Below are positions 1 to 11,963 of a stretch of 64,000 nucleotides of DNA, in pieces (position 1 is the stretch's first letter; the number at the start of each line of letters is the position of its first letter). The stretch spans positions 56,484,001-56,548,000 of the forward strand of contig CM059432.1 in the NCBI GenBank assembly GCA_030390025.1, in the 5' to 3' direction. Below the pieces are notes generated by a model that had not been told where the DNA came from, did not search any database, and was given only the letters and a program-made list of their open reading frames with translations. Source of the stretch: Squalus acanthias. Its lineage: Eukaryota. Both the position numbers and the translations under genes were made by a program.

Positions 1-39
1 TAGTTTCTTGTGATGAATAGCCTAACAGAAATTTAACAA

Positions 40-232
40 AATGTTAGACATCTGAAATAAAAACAGAATGCAGCAAGTTAGTCAGCAGCTGCAAACAAAA
101 AAGATAGGCTATGACATTTTGGGTGTGCATTCTAGGAAGGTTACACACCCAAAAATCACTTCCTGTCTATTTTTCTTCACATATGATGACAGAGCTGTTT
201 TATATTTTTGGAATTTTATGTTTTTATTTAAA
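40..232. mobile_element. Old degenerate fold-back copy of the Penelope-end short element
   Basis: The left part (catctgaaataaaaacagaatgc) is the reverse complement of the PLE-end tail, and the right part ends ttttatgtttttattt. There is an inverted core ttttgggtgtg...cacacccaaaa. Highly decayed. Confidence 0.4.
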
Positions 233-753
233 ATATATAATCTTAGCACATGTGCCTCCTGTTACGCCTGAAAGGTTGACTAGATGAGTTTGTGGTGTGT
301 TGAGGATGGATTGTAAGAGCGAAATGACTAAAAAAAATTCAAAAGCAATTTGATGTAATTCAACAAAATTAATAAAATTAATTTTTAGTCTGGAAAGTTT
401 ATTTGTGATAAATATTTATTAATTTCAAATTGTTAAAAGTGAGCGCTTAATAGGGCTTGTACCAGACTCCTCAATGATCAACATCCTGCTCTGATTTTTT
501 CATTGATAACTCCATTTCATTTCTACTTGAGGATATAGATGCTGATAGTCTTCAAGATCCAGGAACAGTAATAGCACTATTAGTCACCAGTAGGGGATAA
601 TGTTCGAAATGCTCGAGGCATCTCCATTCACTAAAAATACATGAGCATTCAGCTAAATGCAATGAAATGATGGTGTTCTTAACAGCTTGTTGACTGTTAA
701 TACTCATTATTGCTGACTGCCATATATCTTGTCTTACAGACAGGAAGAACAAT

Positions 754-1492
754 GGCCCAGAAATTGATCTCGCTCTGTTCCCGCGGGGGTAAGCCTTCCC
801 CGCGATCTCTCACTCCGCGTTGGCTTTTTCAGATCCAGCTCGCACGAACTTGATGTTCCAGACATCAGCTGGGCAGTGCTTGCGTATCCCACCGGCGTAG
901 TGAATTCGTGCGAGCTGTGGGATCACGTGACTCAGTTAGAGCCAATGGCAGCACACCATCTTCCATTCATAAGTTTCACATACGTGCTGTGAAATCTATG
1001 AATCTTACACCCCCCCAAAATAACAGCTAAACCTCAATTAAATTTAAAAAAAACCATCACATTAATAAAATAAGTATAGTTAAATAAATTAACCATTTTA
1101 AATAAAAAATTAAATTTTTGAAAAAATTTAAAATCTTTTAAAAAGTTATAAAAATAAACTTACCTGTCTTTAAAGTCTCTAAAAAAGATATACCTGTTAA
1201 AAAAAATTCAAAAAAATACTTAATTCACTACTTACCCTGTTAAAAGTGGGTCTTACTCCTTTTTCCATTTCTAAAATCTTCCGTCCTTACCTGCGCGTCC
1301 AAAGCACGAAGTGTACAGCGTGCGCGCAGCCTGTAGCGCGCACGCGATGCACCAAGGAACCGCCCCCTTTTCAAAAGACCAAGTGCCGGTTTTAAGCGCA
1401 TGCGCAGGGCATGCAGAAAACCGGCAATTGGAGAGAGAATACGCGAGAGTACGCAGTGCGTACTCTCGCGCAGCGGGATGAATTTTTGGCCC
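754..1492. mobile_element. Non-autonomous DNA transposon (PIF/Harbinger-like MITE)
   Basis: Imperfect TIRs ggcccagaaattgatctcgct / (rc) gggccaaaaattcatcccgct, with 3-bp TSD AAT at 751-753 and 1493-1495. GC-rich subterminal regions flank an A-rich centre. Confidence 0.75.
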
Positions 1493-4149
1493 AATAACAT
1501 TGAGTTACATGAACTCTCCTTGTCTTTATTCATTTCTACATTTTGGGCATAATTAAGATGTACTTCATAGATTTAAAATTTGTTCTATTGAGTATGTAAG
1601 GAATACTTTATGGGGGTGTGTAACTTGTTAATCTTTGTGATTTGTTGACTTCCAGATATTTAAAAAATGCAGCAAGTAAAATAACCAGGTAATAACTTTA
1701 CTGGTAATACATGCTCCTCCAACTCTCTGGCGTGGAGAGCTGCTTGTGAGTACTGAAAAACGTGCCAGCAGAGAGTGGTTTTCATTGTTGCAGAACCGAG
1801 ATGTGGTTTCAATTAAAAAAAAATATAAACCTTGTGTTTTTGAGTGTGGCTGTTTTAACTAAGCAGCTGCACAATTATTGCTCATAATGGGATAACATGA
1901 TAGGATGAAGGCTTTTATTTTGAGAGATATACAAAGAATTGCTAGACTTTAAGTTATTTAATTTTTGTGTTATGGTTGTATATTCAGCTGGATCAGCAAA
2001 ACAAATAGCAGCTGGCAACTGAAAAATTGAAGTCAGCGATATAATTGGTAAGATTGGAGGTATTCAAAAGAAGTTGTTTTTCTTTGGGTCTCTGAGATCT
2101 ATCTTTCAGTGGATTGGTGTTATTATGTTGCTTATTTTAGCAAACAAGAAGAGCATGACATTTTTTTCTCTCCATCAAACAGATTTAATTGCCATCCACA
2201 AATTTAATATTTGTACTGTACACAAAAATTACATAGATGTCTTAGTCATAGAAGAAACATGACTTTCACATTAAGAATTTATTGTATACAGCTGAGAAAC
2301 TACAGCAGGGAAATTGCTGTGGCAATTGAAATCAAGGCCTCTGTTTTAATAGTGTTTGATTGCATCTTTATTTTTTAAAATTCCAATATAATGGCTAACT
2401 TTTTTTTAATGATTAAAATAATAAATGGATTTCCATTTGCAAAAATCATTATTTCCACGTCGTACCCTTATTCAAATATTTAATAATGTACAAGCACATG
2501 TGCCGCATGACAGGGTGTTTGCAGAGTGAGGTTGACAGGATTTAACCTCGCTACAATCCATACACACACATGCTAGTAAGTCATCTCTTCAAAAGACTGA
2601 AGAAAATGACTTCAAAAAACTGGACATTTAATTTGTATTTAAAAGCAGTGGAATATATTTTTCTGTAAATGTTAATGATAAAGTTGGCTTAAACATTAAG
2701 CAGAGAAGCCCACTTTACACTTATGCCAACTTTAACCTTAACATTAACCTGCTTTATATGTGATGCCAACTTTTTCCACTAGCATTGGTGGGTGTAGGAA
2801 AATACACACCAGGAAATCGGACTGAGATGCAGCCCATCTCCTGGAGCATCATTTGTCAAGTTTGAAAGGAGAACCAACAACCATTTGGAATGTGGGATTT
2901 ATTTCATGATGCATATAAATTTTATATTTTGGTATTATAAATTCAAATCAGTCACCTAAAGATCTTCGTATGTGACAGTACTCTGCACTAAAATCTCTCT
3001 TGGCATATAACATAGTGACCCCGAATATCACATGCAGAAATTACACCAAAATTTACACCGTATATGCGTCGATTCTGCCAACGGGGACTTGCGTCAAAAT
3101 TTCCTGTGGAACTCGTTTTCCTATAACGGAACCTAACAACCACTGTAAAATGGGCGCAAATGCGGCTTATAAGCATGTGGGCTGCTGTCGTGTGCCATGG
3201 CATGTCACTTTCACAGCCTCTTGCCTCTGCTGCTACTCTTCCATTATTACGCAGAACAGTGGTATGCCCATTGGAAAGGCCATTCCAGCTGCTTAGTCCT
3301 TCTGAACATGTGGTGGGGGTCCAAAACGTCCAGATACACTGAGAGTGGTGACACTTTGGTTAAGGATAGTGCAAGTTTCTAAGAAAGATTCCAAAAACAA
3401 TTGCGAATAAAATTGCTATCAAACTCCAGAAATCTTCGTTATGCTGAAATGAAATGACTTTGGGTTGTGCTTTGCCTAAACTTTTAAGTGTAAATCTATG
3501 ATATCGCTTTACTGGCATAAATGCAGGAAACTTGTGTGAGCTGGTCTTGTATATGGGGGCGGAGCTATGGAAATGAGCGGCAGATGGTTTCGGCAAACTT
3601 ATCTGGAAAGTGCCACAAACGATTGAGGAAATTTGTGCGGACCAATGTTTTGGTGCAAAACACGCAAGTCAGTTACATGCGAATTAGACTAAAGTAATGA
3701 TTTTCTGAAACTGAACTATATGCTAGACCGGGTCCATTTGCACATATTACCAAGTTGTTTACCTTAAATTGATTGTTTTCAAAATGCCTGTGTTAAATGC
3801 TTTCTACTTGCTTTGCAATCAAAAACTTTTAACATATCAAAGTGACTAGACTCATTGCAATGATTTGTAGCAACATCATCTGTGAAACTAATATTCCCAC
3901 AATGCAATTTTTACCAACACATTAAGAATGTGGATTCTTTCCTAACCCAAAGACAGTAAGACTACAGTAATCCAAATTTAGTGATGCCACTTGCTATAAA
4001 TAGATCGTAAAAATTAAAGATTTGAAATGTGACACAATTCCCTGTTATGTTGTGTACCACCAAAATACAATAAAGCATGAATAAACCAAAGAAATACGTA
4101 AACATAAATAATTGTAAAGATTAATTGTTTATAACATTTAACTTGTAAA

Positions 4150-4944
4150 TTGTGCTCGGCATGCAACACGAGTCAGTTAAAAAGTGTGAACTGTGCATTG
4201 AGATGATCGGGGGCCAGGACCAGCTTTGGGGGTGGGGGACACTGAGAATCGGGAGCCGGGACCAGCCCGGGGGGAGGGTTCAGGTGAAGATCGGGAGTAC
4301 GGGACCAGCATGGGGCGTGGGGAGTTGGGTGAAGATCGGTGGCTGGGACCAGCATTGCGGGGGTGGGGTCTGTGCCGGGACCAGCATTGGTGGGGTGCGG
4401 GTGGAATTGTCGCTAAGGATCGGGGACCGGGCCCAGCACGGGTTGGGGGAACGGTTGGGGGTGTTGGGTGAGGATAGGGGGCCGGAGGAGCGGTGTGGTG
4501 TAGGGTCAGGGAACGATTGGCGGCTGGAAGAGCAGATCGGTGGCTGGAGGAGCATGGTTGCGGGGGGTGGCGGCGAAGGCCTCGTGGAGGGGGAGTCTCT
4601 GATTTCCGGGAGTGGGTTCGGGAGTGACGCTGGATCCAGGAGTTAAGTGTAAAGACATTTAACTCCTGGATCCAGCAGTCCTCGCCTTGCATTAGCTGTC
4701 GGTTTTCACGACCAGCTAAAGTTAAATTCAAAACGGAGGTTAAAGCAAAGGCTTCCAGCCTCATTATAATATTTAATTAGGTTACTCGCCTCCTGGCAGC
4801 GGGTTGACTGCCTGCCCCCATCCCGCCTCCGTTAAAACCGGAAGTGGGCAGGTTGGAGTTGGATTCTGGTTGGGATTCAGATTTTTAACACTAAGTACCC
4901 ACACGACCCCAACCCACCTGTTTGTTTTAGGTTAAAATTCCCCC
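4150..4944. mobile_element. Partial Harbinger-like non-autonomous element carrying a G-rich minisatellite
   Basis: The right end ggttaaaattccccc resembles the gggg..aatttt termini of other MITEs in the window. The left TIR was not identified. The element is a sharp GC-rich island in AT-rich DNA. Confidence 0.4.
4204..4480 (+). repeat. Degenerate G-rich tandem repeat (~40-45 bp unit)
   Basis: Recurring gatcgggg...gggaccagca..gggg unit, about 6 copies. Confidence 0.7.
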
Positions 4945-6648
4945 ATACATTCTGAAGTGCGTATACACAGCTCTAGTGTTTAGAGTCTTGATGCATAAGG
5001 GTTAATCAGGGAACTGTCTGAAAGCTTTGAAGTTGCTATAAAGTATGTAACAGTTGTAATGAATGTAGTAATATTTTAAAATGATCGGGTGGATGGCAGA
5101 AATCAGTTCTTGTTTCATATTTTTGGGTCTTCAAGTGCATAAGCACTCGTTTCTAGAAATAATCTTTGGATGTTATAAGTATTCCAGTCCAAAAATAAAC
5201 CGAGGGATTTCCTTTGGAACAAGAGTTGACAATTTCACACAGTAGATTAATCATTGTCACAGGTTCTAAGCACTGTGCATGATAGTTGTGTCTTAATACC
5301 TACTTTATTTATTGATATAATTGGAGAAAACCTGAGGGGAGTGATGGGAGCTGTGACCTGAATTAAACATCCTGCCATTTCACTTATTTCTGTGCCAGCA
5401 GTGATATTTTGCAGCAAATCTGAGAGAATGAACATCACCCTTGATCATAACTGATGCACACAATATGTCAGGTGTGATAGCAAACAGAATTTACATGTGG
5501 TCTTCATAAATTTGTTAAATGGTGCACTTATATATGTATTCATATATTTTTAAAACAATGCAAGGTGTTTAAATGTTTCAAAAATAAATTCCGTTCTATT
5601 TATTGCATTTTGCTACAGCATTTTATAATAATTTATCCTTTTTCAATTTATCCCATTTTCCAGGGGTTTCACGTCTCTGGTGTAGAGTTTCCTTTACTTG
5701 GTTCTTAGTTCTCAATCTTTAGATGACAAAACTGATTAATCTTTTCTCCAAATTATTGATGGCTTTTATATAAAAAATGAATTTATGCAAGTGTAGCTAT
5801 TAAAGTTAAGTTTATGTTTTGAGTCTAATTTTAAATTGAAGACAACAATTTTCAAATTGTCCGAAAATAGACAATACTTGTATGAAGTGTTTATTCCTCT
5901 TTATGCAGTCTACTACCTAATTATTTTTGTCAACTATTTTGAAAGGCAATAAATAGTGAAGAAATTATAATTATCGCATAAAGGCCTGTCATAAGATAAT
6001 TTTTGCATTGTGCCATTGCTGGGATGTCACCATCATCATACCTCTTGAAAGAAGAACAATGCAAGATCATGAAATAACGAAGAATGAGGAAGGCAATTCA
6101 GCCCAAGTTAGTTCATCCATCCAGAAAGACCCTAAAGTTCCTTTCCTCCATTGTTTCTTAAGTGATTCCAGGGGTTTCACCTATATTATTCTATCTGGAA
6201 GTCCTTTCCATATATTGACCATTGAGTGAAAAATAACTTACTGATAGCAGTCCTAACTTTGCCATTGACTGGTTGATACTTGTGACCTCTCGTACTACTT
6301 TTATAATTTTGTTTGAAGTAATTTTTCAGATTTACCTTTTCCATTTCATTTACCTCAAGTTTTCATTCAGATCTCTCCTTTCAACACTGAAAGACCCAAG
6401 TTTCATAAGGTTATAATGGATGAGGAAAGCCATTTGGGTCATCTTAATTCATTCATCCAGGGAGATCTTAAAATTTTCCCACTTTATTATCCCGTTGTTC
6501 CTTAAAAGATTCCAAGGTTTTTGCTCCACTATTCTTCCAGTGGCTCTTTGCACTGTTTCCAGAATTTAATTGCCAGAACTGGATATAAGAACATCAGAAA
6601 TAGGAGCAGGAGTAGGCCATACGGCCCCTCGAGCCTGTTCCGCCATTC

Positions 6649-6852
6649 AATAAGATCATGGCTAGTCTTCGACCTCAACACCACTTTCCCGCCTGATCCT
6701 CATCCCTTGATTGTCCCAGAGTCCAAAAATCTATCTATCTCAGCCTTGAATAAGATCATGGCTAGTCTTCGACCTCAACACCACTTTCCCGCCTGATCCT
6801 CATCCCTTGATTGTCCTAGAGTCCAAAAATCTATCTATCTCAGCCTTGAATA
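6649..6852 (+). repeat. 100-bp tandem duplication inside a CR1 3' UTR
   Basis: 6649-6748 is repeated at 6749-6848 with one mismatch (c6717/t6817), and AATA sits at all junctions. Confidence 0.95.
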
Positions 6853-7420
6853 TACTCAACGATTCAGCATCCACAGCCCTTTGGGGTAGAGAATTCCAAA
6901 GATTAACAACCCTCTGAGTGAAGAAATTCCTTCTCATCCCAGTCTTAAATAGCCGACCCCTTATCCTGAGACGATGCCTCCTAGTTCTAGACTCTCCAGC
7001 CAGGGGAAACAACCTCTCCGCATCTACCCTGTCAATCCCCCTCAGAATATTGTATGTTTCAATGAGATCGCCTCTCATTCTTCTAAACTCCAGAGAGTAT
7101 AGGCCCAATCCACTCCATTTCTCCTCATAGGATAACCCTCTCATCCCAGGAATCAGTCTCATGAACCTTTGTTGCACCGCCTCTAAGGCAAGTGTATCCT
7201 TCCTCAGATAAAAAGACCAAAACTGTGCACAGTACTCCAGGTGTGGTCTCACCAAAGCCCTGTACAATTGTAGTAAGACTTCCTTACTCTTATACTCCAA
7301 TCCCCTTGCAATAAAGGCCAACATGCCATTTACCTTCCTAATTGCTTGCTGTACCTGCATGTTAACTCTGTGTTTCCTGTACGAGGACTCCTAAATCTCT
7401 CTGAACACGAACATTTAATA

Positions 7421-7600
7421 TAAAATATTATGACCCTGCTTAAAAATCTCTCTTCTCGAACCTTTTCCAGTTCTGACGAAGGGTCCCCGACTCGAAACGT
7501 TGACACTCTTTCTCTCTCCTTGATGCGGCCTGACCTGCTGAATGTTTCCAGCATTTTCTGTTATTTCAGATTTCCAGCATCTGCAGTATTTTGCTATTGT
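7421..7600 (+). mobile_element. Short Penelope-end (pLTR-derived) insertion with hammerhead motif
   Basis: Flanked by a perfect 14-bp TSD acgaacatttaata (7407-7420 and 7601-7614). Homologous to the PLE 3' end at ~37195-37367. Interrupts CR1 copy A. Confidence 0.85.
7469..7504 (+). ncRNA. Minimal type I hammerhead ribozyme motif
   Basis: Reads agtt-CTGACGA-a-GGGTC(ccc)GACTC-GAAA-cg-TT-gac. It has the conserved core, a 5-bp stem II, a palindromic AACGTT helix III and a short stem I (gtt/gac). Confidence 0.65.
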
Positions 7601-8155
7601 ACGAACATTTAATAGTTTCTCACCATTTAAAAAAAATATTCTGTTTTTCTATTCTTCCTACCAAAGTGAATAACTTCACATTTACCCACATTATCCTCCA
7701 TCTACCACCTTATTGTCTACTCACTTAACCTGTCTATATCCCTTTGCAAGCTCTTTGTGTCCTCCTCAGCTTACTTTCTACCTAGCTTTGTATTGTCAGC
7801 AAACTTGGATACATTACACTCGGTCCCTTCATCAAAGTCATTAATATAGATTGTAAATAGCTGAGGCTCAAGCATAGATTCTTGCGGCACCCCATTAGTT
7901 ACTGCTTGCCAACTGGAAAATGACCCATTTATTCCTACTTTCTGTTTTCTGTCTGTTAACCAAGCCTCTGACAATGCTAATAGATTACCCCCAACCCCCT
8001 TGAGCCCTTATCTTGCATAACAATCTTTTATGCGACACCTTATCAAATGCCTTTTGGAAATCCAAATATACTACAGCCACTGGTTCCCCTTTATCTACCC
8101 TGCTGGGTACATCCTCAAAAAACTCTAATAAATTTGTCAAACACGATTTCCCTTT

Positions 8156-11100
8156 CATAAGAACATAAGAAGTAAGAGCAGGAGGAGGCCAAACGGCCCT
8201 TCGAGCCTGCTCCGCCATTCAATAAGATCATGGCTGATCATCGACCTCAACTTCACTTTCCTGCCTGATCTCCATATCCCTTGATTCCCCTAGAGTCCAA
8301 AAATCTATCTATCTCAGCCTTGAATATACTCAAAGACTCAGCATTCACAGTCCTCTGGGGCAGAAAATTCCAAAGATTCACAACCCTCCTGAGTGAAGAA
8401 ATTGCTCTTCATCTCAGTCTTAAATGGCCTACCCCTTATCCTGAGACTATGCCCCCTAGTTTGAGACACTCCAGCCTGGGGAAACAACCTCTCAGCGTCT
8501 ACCCTGTCAATCCCCTTCAGAATCTTGAATGTTTCAATGAGATCACCTCTCAGTCTTCTAAACTCCAGAGAGTATAGGCCCATTCTACACATTCTCTCAT
8601 CATAGGACAGCCCTCTCATCCCAGGAATCAATCTAGTGAACCTTTGTTGCACTGCCTCCAAGGCAAGTATATCCTTCCTTTGATAAGGAGACCAAAACTG
8701 TGCACAGTACTCCAGGTGTGGTCTCACCAAGGCCCTGTACAATTGTAGCAAGACTTCCTTACTCTTATAATCCAACCCCCTTGCAATAAATGCCAACATG
8801 CCATTTGCCTTCCTTATTGCTTGCTGTACCTGCATGCTAGCTTTCTGTGTTTCTTGCATGAGGACACCCAAATCTCTCTGAACACCAACATTTGAAAGTT
8901 TCTCACCATTTAAAAAATATTATGTTTTTCTATTCTTCCTGCCGAAGTGAATAACCTCACATTTCCCTACATTATACTCCATCTGCCACCTTACTGCCCA
9001 CTCACTTAGTCTATCTATATCCCTTTGCAAACTCTGTGTTCTCCTCACAGGTTACTGTCTCACCTAGCTTTGTATCATCAGCAAACGAGGATACCTTACA
9101 CTCGGTCCCTTCATCTTGGTCATTAATATAGATTGTAAATAGCTGAGGCCCAACACTGATCCTTGCGGCACCCCACTAGTTACAGCCTGCCAACCTGAAA
9201 AAGATCCGTTTATCCCTACTCTCTGTTTTCTGTCAGTTAACCAATCCTCTATCTGTACCCCCAACCCCATGAGCCCTAATCTTGTGTAATAACCTTTTAT
9301 TTGGCATCTTATTGAATGCCTTTTAGAAATCCAAATATACTACATCCACTGGTTGCCCTTTATCTACCCTGCTAGTTACATCCTCAAAAAACTCTAATAA
9401 GTTTGTCAAACACGATTTCCCTTTCATAAATCCATGTTGACTCTGCCTAATGATGTTATGATTTTCTAAGTGCCCTGATACCACTTCCTTAACAATGGAT
9501 TTCAGCATTTTCCCGATGACTGATGTCAGGCTAACTGGCCTGTAGTTCCCTGGTTTTTCTCTCCCTCCTTTCTTGAATAATGGTGTTACATTTGCGACCT
9601 TCCAATCCGCTGGGACCGTTCTAGAATCTAGGGAATTTTGGAAGATCAAAACCAATGCATCCACTATCTCTTCAGCCACCTCTTTTAGAACCCTAGGATG
9701 TAGGCCATCAGGTCCAGGGGATTTGTTGGCTTTTAGTCCCATTAGTTTCTCTTGCACTTTTTCTCTACTTATATTAATTACGTTAAGTTCCTCACCCTCA
9801 TTAGACCCTTGGTTCCGCACCATTTTTGGTATGCTTTTTGTGTCTTCTACTGTGAGACAGATATAAAATATTTGTTTAACGTTTCTGCCATTTCCTTATT
9901 CCTCATAATAATTTCTCCTGTCTCTGCCTCCAAGGGACCAACGTTTACTTTGCTACTCTCTTCCTTTTTACATACTTGTAGAAGCTCTTACAATCTACTT
10001 TTATATTTCTTGCTAGTTTTCTCATTCTATTTTTTCCCTTTTTACCAATTTTTTTGTCAACCTTTGCTGGTTTCTGAAACTCTCCCAATCCTCAGGCTTA
10101 CTATTATTCTTTGTAACATTATAAGCTTCTTCTTTCAATCTAATGCTATCCTTAACTATTTTAGTTAGCCTCGGTTGGATCACTTTTTCTGTGGAGTTTT
10201 TGTTTCTCAATTGAATGTACTTTTGTTGAGAATTATGAAATATTTCTTTAAATGCTAGCCATACCTTTTAATCTATGATACATTGTTCTAGGAAACTGTC
10301 CCGAATGCATTCTATGAACTCGTCCTCCAGACTACCTTTGCCAATTTGATTTGTCCAGTCTATATGAAGATTAAAGTCCTCCAAGTTTATTGCTTTACCT
10401 TTGTTGCAAGCTCCTACTATTTCTTGATTAATATTCTGTCCAATGGTATAGCTACTGTTAGGGGGCCTATATACTACTCCTACCAGTGTTTTCTGCTCCT
10501 TGTTATTCCTTATCTCCACCCATACTGATTCTACTTCCTGATCTTCCGAGGCGAGATCCTTTCTCGCTGCTGTCCTTCTGTCATCCTTTATTATCAGGGC
10601 TACTCCCCCTCCTTTTCCATTTTGCCTGTCTTTTCGAAACGTCAAGTTCCCTGGAACATTTAGTTCCCAACCTTGGCCACCTTGCAACCACGTCTCTGTA
10701 ATGGTTATTAGATCAAACCCATTTATCTCTATTTGTGCCACTAGTTCTTCTATCTTGTTACGAATGCTTCGTGAATTCAGATAAAGAGCCTTTAATTTAA
10801 ATTTTTTACCATTATTCCCTGCTTTGACCTTATTCTCTGCTGCACTGCTGCCGTTAAAACGCTCTGTCCCTTCCTGTCGCACTCTGCTTATTTTTACCCA
10901 AATCGCTACACTGCTCTATTGCCTTGACCTTTCTCTTTAGATTTCTAACTCACCTGACCCCTTCTCTCCCCCCCCCCCTTTTTTTTAAAGTTTAAATCCC
11001 TATCTACAGCCCTAGTCCCAGCCCGGTTTAAGTGGAGCCGATCTCGACAGAACCGCTCCCTCTTTCCCCAGTATTGATGCCAGTGCCCCATGAATTGAAA

Positions 11101-11260
11101 CCCCTTTTTCCCACACCACTCTTTGAGCCACGCATTTAACTCTCTGATCTGCTTGACCCTATGCCAATTTTTACGTGGCTCAGGTAGTAATCCAGAGATT
11201 ATTACCATTGTGGTTCTGCTTATTAATTTAGATCCTAGCTCCTCAAACTCCCTCAGCAGA
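8156..11260 (-). mobile_element. CR1 LINE (copy B): ORF1 esterase C-terminus, APE endonuclease, RT, 3' UTR; degenerate
   Basis: ORF1 SGNH-like VIISGLLPEP...DRLHLNRAG; endonuclease LYLNSRSIRNK...ITETWL...GVVYRPP; RT KSPGPDGLHPRVLKE, NYRPVSLTS and SGVPQGSVLG; tail cataagaacataaga. Has an internal deletion near 10268. Confidence 0.95.
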
Positions 11261-11499
11261 AGACTAAGAAGGTGGAGGAGGTGTGATGGATTGGGGTAGG
11301 GATTGGAGGGGGCAAAGTAACCAAAAGGGGAGAAATGAAAGTTGACTAGAAGGTAGAGGGGGAGACAGGAGAGAATGATTTAATTGGGAGCTCAATAGGA
11401 GCCCAGAGGATAAGAAAAAGGAGATAGAAGTAATGGGCTCAGGTCTGGAGCGGCAGCCAAAATGGGCTTGTAAATGAGCATATCGTAGGTAAATATATT

Positions 11500-11918
11500 G
11501 GGCCAAATCTTGCTGGAGCGGGACATCTCGCGACGTGCGCTGTTCATTCAACTTTTCACTGCACCCTTCAGCTCGAATATAATTTACGACATAACTTGCT
11601 GTAAGTGCGAGCTGATTTTGGCCAGTGAAGGTACTGGAGCATCTGAGACCAACAGTCTATCTCCTTAACTAATGAGATTTAAGGATTGAGAAAGAAACAG
11701 AGTGACGACAGAGAAGGAGGGTGAATTTGAGTCAAAGCAGGTACAGAAAGAGAAATAGAGACAGAACGAAAGATTGAATTGAGCAAGAAAATAGTGACCG
11801 AAAGGAAAAGTAAGAATTTAAAATTGACATTTTTAAATCTCTAAGAAGAATTTGCTACATGCAGGAATGAAACTCAGCAGTTTAAATTGTTCCCTATTTT
11901 TCCAGCAGGATTTGGCCC
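11500..11918 (+). mobile_element. Harbinger-like MITE, copy 1 of an inverted pair
   Basis: TIRs gggccaaatcttgctgga / (rc) gggccaaatcctgctgga (17/18), preceded by ATT. Confidence 0.7.
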
Positions 11919-11963
11919 AAGGTTTCTCACAGAAAACACACACAAAGTTGCATAATTCACATT

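Larger units (their letters stand above)
6585..8160 (-). mobile_element. 5'-truncated CR1 LINE (copy A), RT C-terminus + 3' UTR
   Basis: ORF fragments [52 protein letters not shown] and DFQKAFDKV, with a (TTCTTATG)-like 3' tail at 6585. Frameshifted. Confidence 0.92.

Noticed and set aside
4152..4764. Overlapping 164-195 aa ORFs as genes
   Set aside because: They are low-complexity Gly/Pro frames arising from a stop-poor G-rich repeat, open in several frames on both strands.
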